DNA of 42,567 nt from a virus: positions 1-42,567 of IMG/VR virus record IMGVR_UViG_3300046516_001619, one strand, 5' to 3'. Position numbers and translations under genes: made by a program. Each line of letters starts with the position of its first letter. Position 1 is the first letter of the stretch. The notes beneath the pieces are model-generated. The model was not told the origin of the DNA. It made no database searches and saw only the letters and a program-made list of their open reading frames with translations. Shown here piece after piece: positions 1 through 6,387 of the stretch.

Positions 1-127
1 ACGGAAACCGTTAGCGAACTCTGGATCATGCTCTTGCCATTCATAAACGCAACTACGTGGCACCTTAGCTTGTTCGCACGCGTATGAGATATTCGCCCAC
101 TTAGCGTATGACTCTAGAAACGCATGC
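1..127. repeat. Terminal direct repeat, copy 1 (identical to 42441..42567). Likely the overlap of a circular or circularly permuted assembly
   Basis: Compared base by base: acggaaaccgttagcgaact...actctagaaacgcatgc occurs at both window ends (127/127 identical). Confidence 0.97.
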
Positions 128-222
128 TTGGCACGTCTGGACTGTGCAAAGGTGCGATGCGGACGACCCTTAGGCGGAGAGCGCTTGACGGTTCCGGAAT
201 CAGGCAACTGGTCTACGCTCAT
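1..222 (-). CDS. Small terminase-like HTH protein, N-terminal segment. The gene wraps around the window ends: 128..222 joins 42186..42567
   Basis: Manual translation from ATG at 222 gives MSVDQLPDSGTVKRSPPKGRPHRTFAQSRRAKHAFLESYAKWANISYACEQAKVPRSCVYEWQEHDPEFANGFR. This runs in frame through the repeat into the ORF 42186..42503. The HTH-like stretch ANISYACEQAKVPRSCVYEW followed by HDPEF is typical of phage small terminase subunits. Confidence 0.6.
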   Translation of the reverse strand, partial: MSVDQLPDSGTVKRSPPKGRPHRTFAQSRRAKHAFLESYAKWANISYACEQAKVPRSCVYEWQEHDPEFANGFR

Positions 223-555
223 AACTCAGTACTGCGCGGTGCGCACATCGCCCGGCCATTTTCTATAAACAGAGAATGTGACGTCAAGGTGACGTTTCCG
301 GAATTAACTTCGATTTCATTTCGTTTAAGAGTCGCGAGCATATCCATTTGATATATTGCTCCGCATGGCACCCAACAGAGAGCGAGCTGCTCTCAGCGTC
401 ACTCGTCGTTGCAATCACCCGGCTAATGTTCCGTGCCGGCATATCTCCGCCCCGCGTATCGATCACAGCATGACAGGGAACTGTGACTGCGCGCCGTTCT
501 GCGCTATCGCGGCCAGTCAACCTACCGACTACGCCTATGCAGAGCTGGCCCAGTC
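223..555. promoter_or_regulatory. Divergent intergenic region between the terminase operon (-) and the Gp88-like operon (+). AT-rich core with short repeats
   Basis: No convincing long ORF. The AT-rich stretch 260..360 includes tatatt at 352..357. GTGACGT occurs at 278..284 and 289..295, and the first copy lies within the palindrome TGACGTCA. TTCCGGAA is at 296..303 and also at 192..199. Confidence 0.45.
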
Positions 556-559
556 GTGA
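365..559 (+). CDS. Hypothetical small Cys-rich protein (64 aa from ATG 365; TTG at 356 also in frame)
   Basis: Sequence MAPNRERAALSVTRRCNHPANVPCRHISAPRIDHSMTGNCDCAPFCAIAASQPTDYAYAELAQS. Its stop overlaps the GTG start of the next gene (GTGA at 556..559). Third-position GC is only moderate. Confidence 0.3.
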   Translation: MAPNRERAALSVTRRCNHPANVPCRHISAPRIDHSMTGNCDCAPFCAIAASQPTDYAYAELAQS

Positions 560-1428
560 CACACGTAGAACTCAGCGCTTCGGATCTCGCGCTATCGCGT
601 CTCACCGTTCTGCCGGCATCGGCCGCCAAGTGCAAGCTGGCACTTGGCTTTCAGTACTTGCTGACGCCAGAAGGCTACTCGCCCAAAACGGACAAGGGTC
701 GGGCGCGTGGCTATTCGACCGCGATCATGTACTTCGCCCCGGCCGATCTGTCCGGCTATGACGTCTGCCAGTACCGTTCTGCCGGTTGTACCGCCGCTTG
801 CCTGAATACAGCTGGCCACGGTGGTGTGGGTCTTGACGTGTTCGGGCTCAATCCCGTGCAACGGGCTCGCATCGCCCGGACGCGTTTCTACTTCTTGAAT
901 CGCTTCCTGTTCAACGAGCTGCTCGTACGCGAGATCCGGGCTTGGATTGCCCGGGCAAGTGCTGCCGGAAAGGTCCCGTGCATTCGCCTCAATGGCACAT
1001 CTGACCTTCCGTGGGAACGGCTCCGGCTCAATGATGGCCGGACCGTCCTGGAGACCTTCCCCACCGTCCAGTTCTATGACTACACCAAGCACGTCCGGCG
1101 AGCGCTTTCGAACGCTGCCGGTGGACATGCTTCGAACTATCACCTGACCTTCTCGCGCTCTGAGTCCAACGACGTCGACTGCCGGCAAGTGCTGTCGGCC
1201 GGCGGCAGTGTCGCCGGCGTCTTCAAAATCTGTGGTTGCCGGCCGAAGGGTCAGTGCAAGCACGAAATCTTGGATGGTCAGTTCGCCTATTTTGGGCGGC
1301 CGATCGTGTCCGCGGATCACGACGACCTTCGGTTTTTGGACCCGCGCGGCGTCGTGCTCGGCTTGAAGGCGAAGGGTCTGGCCCGGGCTGACGTGTCCGG
1401 CTTCGTCATCGATGCCCGGGCCGCGTAG
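556..1428 (+). CDS. Gp88-like phage protein (function unknown)
   Basis: 290-aa ORF. KTDKGRARGYSTAIMYFAPADLSGYDVCQYRSAGCTAACLNTAGHG resembles the conserved N-terminal Cys motif of the mycobacteriophage Gp88 family. This is a recollection of the family signature, not a search result. Confidence 0.45.
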   Translation: MTHVELSASDLALSRLTVLPASAAKCKLALGFQYLLTPEGYSPKTDKGRARGYSTAIMYFAPADLSGYDVCQYRSAGCTAACLNTAGHGGVGLDVFGLNPVQRARIARTRFYFLNRFLFNELLVREIRAWIARASAAGKVPCIRLNGTSDLPWERLRLNDGRTVLETFPTVQFYDYTKHVRRALSNAAGGHASNYHLTFSRSESNDVDCRQVLSAGGSVAGVFKICGCRPKGQCKHEILDGQFAYFGRPIVSADHDDLRFLDPRGVVLGLKAKGLARADVSGFVIDARAA

Positions 1429-1462
1429 GCCCGGTGCGTTCACTCTTCAAAGGATTGGCACC

Positions 1463-1696
1463 ATGTACGTAGCTCACATCACCGTCCCGGTCGTCTTCGA
1501 AGCGAACAACGATGCACACGCCCGGCACTTGCTCAAAAACTTGCGCGGCATGATGGCCGACTTCCCGGTCCAGCAGTGGATGCCGTTTACGTCCGGGGTT
1601 GAAATCAGCGACTACCCGGACGCTGAACTACAAGAGGTTCTCCCGTACGAGTTGCCGCGCGTGGTTGCGCTTGACGGCTCCGAGGTGACGCCATGA
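1463..1696 (+). CDS. Hypothetical protein (77 aa)
   Basis: ATG at 1463 is preceded by aaggattgg (SD-like). The product starts MYVAHITVPVVFEANNDAHARHLLKNL. The stop overlaps the next start (ATGA). Confidence 0.55.
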   Translation: MYVAHITVPVVFEANNDAHARHLLKNLRGMMADFPVQQWMPFTSGVEISDYPDAELQEVLPYELPRVVALDGSEVTP

Positions 1697-1890
1697 CGAC
1701 CATTGAGCTGCCCGCCTACATCGATCCGGCCGTGCTCGTGCCGGGCGCCACCGTGCAGTGTGTGGTAGACGGATCCGAAACCGTGCTGACGGTCGTACGC
1801 GTTGAGCCAGCTTTGATTTGTAGTCGTCCGGACGGGACCGGGGTGATCGTTCTGGCTCATACGGTGGTGCCGGTCGACGTCCATGATTGA
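1693..1890 (+). CDS. Hypothetical protein (65 aa)
   Basis: ORF track. Coupled to both neighbours by overlaps. Confidence 0.5.
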   Translation: MTTIELPAYIDPAVLVPGATVQCVVDGSETVLTVVRVEPALICSRPDGTGVIVLAHTVVPVDVHD

Positions 1891-2239
1891 CACCACCGGC
1901 GAGAGCGCTCGTCTGCCCGCCTACGTTGCCGAACGCCACCCTTCCGGGTGGTGCGTCGTGCACGTCCTGGATCACCTGGTGGTGTCTCAGTTTGCGACCG
2001 GGTCGGCCGGCGCGCTCGAGGCCCAGGCCGCGGCCGCCAGCCTCAACGCGCGCTGTGGCCCACCGGCCGAGCTGCGCTCGTGGCGTAAGGCTCACGGGCT
2101 CACGCTGAAATCTCTGGCGAGTGCTTTAGGCGTCACCTGGCTCACCGTCCAGCGCTGGGAAACCGGCGCCCGCGGCATTCCACCCTTCCTGTACCTGGCG
2201 CTCGAGCGGCTCGAGCAGAAAGCAGCTTCCGACGCATGA
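1883..2239 (+). CDS. XRE-type helix-turn-helix protein
   Basis: The C-terminal LRSWRKAHGLTLKSLASALGVTWLTVQRWETGARGIPPFLYLALERL fits the XRE/Cro HTH pattern (T..Q.WE.G). Confidence 0.6.
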   Translation: MIDTTGESARLPAYVAERHPSGWCVVHVLDHLVVSQFATGSAGALEAQAAAASLNARCGPPAELRSWRKAHGLTLKSLASALGVTWLTVQRWETGARGIPPFLYLALERLEQKAASDA

Positions 2240-2385
2240 ACCATGAACCTCAGTACCAACGCGTCTCTCGTCGCGAGGGCGCGTTCGCCTTCGCGGTCAT
2301 CTTCGCCATCGTCATCGGCTTCTGGCCCTCGCTCGGCCCGTGGCTGCACGCACTCGTCTTCGGACTGACCGGTGCGTGGCTCTAG
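2236..2385 (+). CDS. Small membrane protein (49 aa, below the ORF-track cutoff)
   Basis: Manual translation gives MNHEPQYQRVSRREGAFAFAVIFAIVIGFWPSLGPWLHALVFGLTGAWL, with two hydrophobic segments. ATGA overlap with the upstream stop. High third-position GC. Confidence 0.45.
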   Translation: MNHEPQYQRVSRREGAFAFAVIFAIVIGFWPSLGPWLHALVFGLTGAWL

Positions 2386-3242
2386 CGAGTGCTTTCGTCT
2401 TCGTCCCACAGGCCTAACTGGCACGACGTACACAGCGGCAACGTCGCTCTGGCGCTGAATCGTCGTGGTCCAGTCGGACCACCCGCCCATTGCCACTTGT
2501 CAAGGCCGAGTGCTTTCGCCTCGGCTTGCAGGTTTTCATAGCGCCGGCCTACGTCCGGGTAGAAGAACGCAATCTCACCGAGCTCGGCGTGGTTGGCCAA
2601 CGCACCACACAGGCATTCGCCCGAGCGGTGGCAGTTGACCGACACCGGGTTACGGGTGATGCCGTGATCCTCGAGATAGTCCAGGCACTGACGTTTCGTC
2701 CAGCCACGGATCGGGTTGAACCACACCGCGGACCGCTCGGCATCCTTGTAGTGCAATGGCCGGCTGGCCATTTTCGAGTGCTTCCGTCGAGCCGACTCCG
2801 CGATACGGATCCCGGTCACCAGGCCGATGCGCTCGCGGCGAGTGCTTTTGTGCTGCTTGATGGCCAGCTGCACCTGGCGCTGCTTCAGGTAGTAGTACAT
2901 CGTGCTGTGGCTCTTCGGGCCGCTCGGAAAGCCACGGTGGGTGGTCCCGTCACGTGTGGTGTAGCCCTCGAGCACGAGCCGCTCGTAGTCGCCCCGCGGC
3001 GCCTCGTACACCTCGAGCGGCCAGCCCTGCTCGCGGCAGGTATCCTCCACGAACTGACGCGTCTGGGGTACCCCGGTGCCCGTGTCCAGGTGAATGCAGC
3101 CGCTGAATGCTGCGTGCCTGGCCACGATGCTGGTCGCCGTCAGCGAGTCGTCGCCACCACTGAACAAGGCGTACACCTGGCTCGGATAGTGCTCGAGCAC
3201 GCCCGCATCGATACTCGCCAGTGCTGCCTCGACCAGGCTCAC
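2382..3242 (-). CDS. PAPS-reductase-like PP-loop ATP pyrophosphatase (DndC/CysH superfamily)
   Basis: PP-loop YALFSGGDDSLTATSIV near the N-terminus and a C-terminal Cys cluster CHRSGECLCGA. GTG start at 3242 overlaps the upstream stop (GTGA). Confidence 0.65.
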   Translation of the reverse strand: MSLVEAALASIDAGVLEHYPSQVYALFSGGDDSLTATSIVARHAAFSGCIHLDTGTGVPQTRQFVEDTCREQGWPLEVYEAPRGDYERLVLEGYTTRDGTTHRGFPSGPKSHSTMYYYLKQRQVQLAIKQHKSTRRERIGLVTGIRIAESARRKHSKMASRPLHYKDAERSAVWFNPIRGWTKRQCLDYLEDHGITRNPVSVNCHRSGECLCGALANHAELGEIAFFYPDVGRRYENLQAEAKALGLDKWQWAGGPTGPRRFSARATLPLCTSCQLGLWDEDESTR

Positions 3243-3436
3243 CCTTCCTGTCCAGGTTGTTCGTAGTACTGGCGCAGCTTGCGCGATCGCTCAACCTGGA
3301 CCTGCACTCGCCGCAGGTACAGCTCGCGCCACGTCAGCAGCTCGCCGCGGCTTCTGGCTTTGCCGGCCGCGGCCTCGAGCACGATCATCTCGTTGCCCAA
3401 TCGCCGTAGCTCAGACTGCAGATACGAGCTCGGCAT
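3239..3436 (-). CDS. Hypothetical coiled-coil protein (start uncertain: 3436, 3388 or 3499)
   Basis: ORF track 3239..3499. ATG at 3436 (MPSSYLQSELRRLGNEM...) minimises overlap with the upstream Cas4-like gene, which ends at 3411. Confidence 0.4.
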   Translation of the reverse strand: MPSSYLQSELRRLGNEMIVLEAAAGKARSRGELLTWRELYLRRVQVQVERSRKLRQYYEQPGQEG

Positions 3437-4166
3437 GCCTGCGAATCCTGCGGACCGACTGCGGCTCACACGCGTGTCCATGGCTCCATCGTCCCCCACA
3501 TTCCGGGCAGTCCGCGTGCTGCCCCGTACAACTGAACGCGTCCGCCGCCACGGCTACCGAAATCATGCGCATGCGGCGCCATAGCGCGTTCATCTGCTCC
3601 ACCCAGGCCTCCGGCGTCCACTCGCGCCGGAAACGGCTCAGGGTGCCCCGCACGCGGTCTAGGACGATGTACTCGAAGTTGGCCACGTAGCCGGGGTTCT
3701 GATCCCAGTGCGCCCAGGTGTAGAGCAGCGGCTGCCACGTCTCTTTCTGGGCCCGTTCCTGGCTCCACGCGCCCCTGGTCGTCTTGAAGTCGTAGATGGT
3801 GCCGTCCGTGCCGGCCAGGTCGATCGCGCCCACGATCGGGGCGCCCAGCTCCGACTCGGTGTCCAGGCTGAAGCCCATCTCCGGAATGCCCTCGAGCCCG
3901 AGCTCGAAGACCTGCTCGAGGAGCGTCAGCCCGATCGCGGTCAGGCCACGGTTTTCCGTGGGGTACGCCTTCCACATGGCCCGGAAAGCACGTTCGCCGT
4001 CCTGGCCCTGGTAGTGCGCTTCCAGACCATGGTGGACAGCTGAGCCGAAGGCCATGGCTTCGCTCACCTCGATGGCTTCACCGTCCACGTAGTGCGCTCG
4101 AAAAGAAGCCGGGCATTGCTCCCAGAGCATGAACCGGCTGGCCGACCAGTGCGGCATCACGGCCAT
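3411..4166 (-). CDS. Cas4/RecB-like PD-(D/E)XK exonuclease with a 4-Cys cluster
   Basis: Nuclease core GAIDLAGTDGTIYDFKTTRG (D...D-x-K) and a QPLLYTW (Q..Y) motif. There is an N-terminal Cys (WEQCPASF) plus C-terminal CTGQHADCPEC, as in Fe-S Cas4/AddB-type nucleases. Confidence 0.7.
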   Translation of the reverse strand: MAVMPHWSASRFMLWEQCPASFRAHYVDGEAIEVSEAMAFGSAVHHGLEAHYQGQDGERAFRAMWKAYPTENRGLTAIGLTLLEQVFELGLEGIPEMGFSLDTESELGAPIVGAIDLAGTDGTIYDFKTTRGAWSQERAQKETWQPLLYTWAHWDQNPGYVANFEYIVLDRVRGTLSRFRREWTPEAWVEQMNALWRRMRMISVAVAADAFSCTGQHADCPECGGRWSHGHACEPQSVRRIRRHAELVSAV

Positions 4167-5614
4167 CGGTCAGCCTCCACCAGACGGTGAGCAATGTATT
4201 CAGCAACCGGACTCGCCACCCCGTTGCCGATTAGTCGATAGCGGTGACTGTCCTTGATCTCCTTGCCGTCCGCGGTCCAGCGCGTGTGCTCGTCAGGCCA
4301 CCCCTGGAGTCTCTCGCACTCGAGCGGGGTGAGGCGACGTACGCCCATTGGCCCGTTGACGCCCGGCGCGGTCTGTGAACCGAGGATGGGTGGACACCCA
4401 TCCTCGGTGTAAGCCGTGTCATGGTTCTGACCCCGGTGGCTATAGAAGCCGGCTACCGGACCGATAGTGTGTGGCCCAGTCGCATCCACGGTCGGTGCGT
4501 CGGTGTACACGTTGAATCCAGGGTCGCGTAGGCGCATGTTGCCACTGGCATCACGGCTCAACGTTTTGGCCTCGCCGCTCTGCTCGGCATCCCTGCGTAA
4601 GGCGTAGACGAGGTTGTCGGCGCCGTCGCCGCGCGGACTGCTGTGGCCATGATGTCCCTGGCTGGCAGTGTCACTGCCAGCCAGGACGAGGTTCTCCGTC
4701 TCAGCGTCGATGCGTTCGTTGCGCGCAGTCAGACTGCGCGCAACCACGAGGTTGTCATCGTCCTCGTGGTGACGACCAGGCAGGTTCGACTCGGGGTGCC
4801 CGTCACTGCTCAGCGTGGCAGCAACACTGAACCCGCGGTTGCCGTGAGCCGATCCGCTACTCAGTGCGCCGACCTCAGCCACTGCCGCGGCATTCTGCTC
4901 ATCGACAATCATCGGCAGTTCGACGCTAGATCGACGAGCGCCGTCATCAAGCGTGGGGGCAACGTCTTCCCACGTTTCTCGGCCCTGCGCAGGATGCCCG
5001 CCGCAGCTCTCGCAGACAGCCAGTACCGCCGCGGCACGGGCCGCGTCTCCAAGACAGCCGACAATGAAGACACGACGGCGTCGTTGGGGGACTCCGAACC
5101 AGCGCGCGTCCAGTACGCGGTAGGCCCACCCGTACCCGAGGTCGCCCAGCCCCCCGAGGACGGTCGCCATGTCCCGTCCTCCGTCCGAGCTAAGCAGTCC
5201 GGGAACATTCTCAATAAGCGCCCATCGTGGCCGCAGCTCGGACAACACCCGCTGGAACTCAAACCAGAGACTGCTGCGTTCGCCCCGAAAACCGGCCCGC
5301 GCTCCGGCCACGCTGAGGTCCTGGCACGGGAATCCGCCGTAGACGAGGTCAATACGCTCGGATAGCCCTGGCCCGGTTTCCCGCCGCCCGAGGTCAACTG
5401 GCGCGAGTACTCCGTCAGCCGTACCTCGGCTCGTTGGTTCTCGCTCACAGCCCACGCTTCGGACATCGTCAACTCGGGTTACCTCCGGCCAGTGCCGCTC
5501 GAGCACGGATAGACACCACGGGTCGTTCTCGGCTTGCAGCACGGTCTGGATGCCCGCCCGCTCGAGCCCGATCTCGAATCCGCCGGCACCGCTGAACAAC
5601 GATACGGCCCTCAT
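4157..5614 (-). CDS. DNA (cytosine-5) methyltransferase with an unusually long variable region
   Basis: True start is MRAVSLFSGAGGFEIG (motif I) at ATG 5614, overlapping the upstream stop. Motif IV GFPCQDLS, motif VI ENVPGL, motif VIII QRRRRVFIVG, and C-terminal RRLTPLECERLQGWP and GNGVASPV are present. About 235 aa separate motifs VIII and IX. Confidence 0.9.
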   Translation of the reverse strand: MRAVSLFSGAGGFEIGLERAGIQTVLQAENDPWCLSVLERHWPEVTRVDDVRSVGCEREPTSRGTADGVLAPVDLGRRETGPGLSERIDLVYGGFPCQDLSVAGARAGFRGERSSLWFEFQRVLSELRPRWALIENVPGLLSSDGGRDMATVLGGLGDLGYGWAYRVLDARWFGVPQRRRRVFIVGCLGDAARAAAVLAVCESCGGHPAQGRETWEDVAPTLDDGARRSSVELPMIVDEQNAAAVAEVGALSSGSAHGNRGFSVAATLSSDGHPESNLPGRHHEDDDNLVVARSLTARNERIDAETENLVLAGSDTASQGHHGHSSPRGDGADNLVYALRRDAEQSGEAKTLSRDASGNMRLRDPGFNVYTDAPTVDATGPHTIGPVAGFYSHRGQNHDTAYTEDGCPPILGSQTAPGVNGPMGVRRLTPLECERLQGWPDEHTRWTADGKEIKDSHRYRLIGNGVASPVAEYIAHRLVEADRWP

Positions 5615-6174
5615 ACGGGCACCTCGACGCCCAGCAACTGCTTGAGCCGGTCGTAGGCCAGCTTGATGCGGATGAAGTCCGAGGCGTTGCCGCCCATGTC
5701 CGGGTGGTGGATCAAGGCCAGTCGACGGAACGACCTGGTCACCTCGTCCACCGTGCACGGCCACCTGAGGCCCAGGTCCGGTAGCCAGAGCCGTACTTCG
5801 TACGGCGCCTGCGCTACCGACGCGTGCGCCTTCTTCTTCGAGTGCTGCGGCTCTGGCCGCGGCGCGCCCCGCACCTGGCCAGGACACGTTTCAAAATGGC
5901 ATTCGCCACTAGCCCGATCGCCGTCCACGTCCATCGGCCGCCGCTTGCCCTTGACCGTGGTCTCCCACCACACCTTCGCGTTGCACGCCTTGCAGTTGCT
6001 GACCCGGTAGCGCTGGCCGTCCACGTCAGTCACCCATTCCGTGGCCTGACACGACTCGAAGTGCGGCTGCTCCTCCTCGTCGTCGTCGTATGGCCAGACA
6101 CGCTCAGGATCGAACGGGTTCGCCCCCCACCAGATCTTCGAGCCGCAGTTTCGGCAGCGACCCCAGCCGGCCAT
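5611..6174 (-). CDS. J-domain (DnaJ-like) protein with a duplicated zinc-ribbon
   Basis: C-terminal J domain: WPCTVDEVTRSFRRLALIHHPDMGGNASDFIRIKLAYDRLKQLL (HPD motif). The N-terminal half carries two similar units, CRNCGSKIWW...HFESC and CKACNAKVWW...HFETC. ATG 6174 (MAGWGRC) is preferred over 6303: it has a GAGGA SD 9 nt upstream, and third-position GC drops in 6175..6303. Confidence 0.75.
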   Translation of the reverse strand: MAGWGRCRNCGSKIWWGANPFDPERVWPYDDDEEEQPHFESCQATEWVTDVDGQRYRVSNCKACNAKVWWETTVKGKRRPMDVDGDRASGECHFETCPGQVRGAPRPEPQHSKKKAHASVAQAPYEVRLWLPDLGLRWPCTVDEVTRSFRRLALIHHPDMGGNASDFIRIKLAYDRLKQLLGVEVPV

Positions 6175-6329
6175 CAGCGCTGTCCTCGCTTGGCCATGGT
6201 GGCCAGCCTGGCCCAGCCCGTGGGCGCCTGCTTGGCCGGGATCGAATGCCACGATCCATCCCCCGGATCCTGGACGTTGAGCCACCCCTGCTCGCGACCC
6301 CAAATGACCCGCGGGAGCCCCAAATCGAT

Positions 6330-6371
6330 TTCATCCCGCATCCCGGTATATATACGCGGATGCGGGATGAA
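6330..6371. repeat. 42-bp near-perfect palindrome with a TATATATA core (candidate origin, operator or bidirectional terminator)
   Basis: ttcatcccgcatcc (6330..6343) pairs with ggatgcgggatgaa (6358..6371). The centre gtatatatac (6346..6355) is itself palindromic. CCCCAAAT direct repeats lie at 6298..6305 and 6318..6325. Confidence 0.8.
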
Positions 6372-6387
6372 CGGTTGATGCCTAAAC

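Noticed and set aside
284-562. Minus-strand ORF 284..562 (92 aa) and plus-strand ORF 124..351 (75 aa) in the terminase/Gp88 divergent region
   Set aside because: 124..351 is antisense to the recovered small-terminase N-terminus. 284..562 has poor composition and spans the AT-rich promoter-like core. Neither shows coupling or an SD.
2382-3242. Reading the PAPS-reductase-like gene as a genuine CysH sulfur-assimilation auxiliary metabolic gene
   Set aside because: The C-terminal motif is GECLCGA, not the ECGLH of PAPS reductases. The gene sits among DNA-metabolism genes (nuclease, methylase). I therefore left it as a superfamily-level call.
5615-5887. N-terminal extension of the methyltransferase ORF (the ORF track gives 4157..5887, 576 aa)
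   Set aside because: The extension overlaps the J-domain gene in another frame and is low-complexity. Motif I (FSGAGG) follows directly after the internal ATG at 5614, which overlaps the upstream stop.
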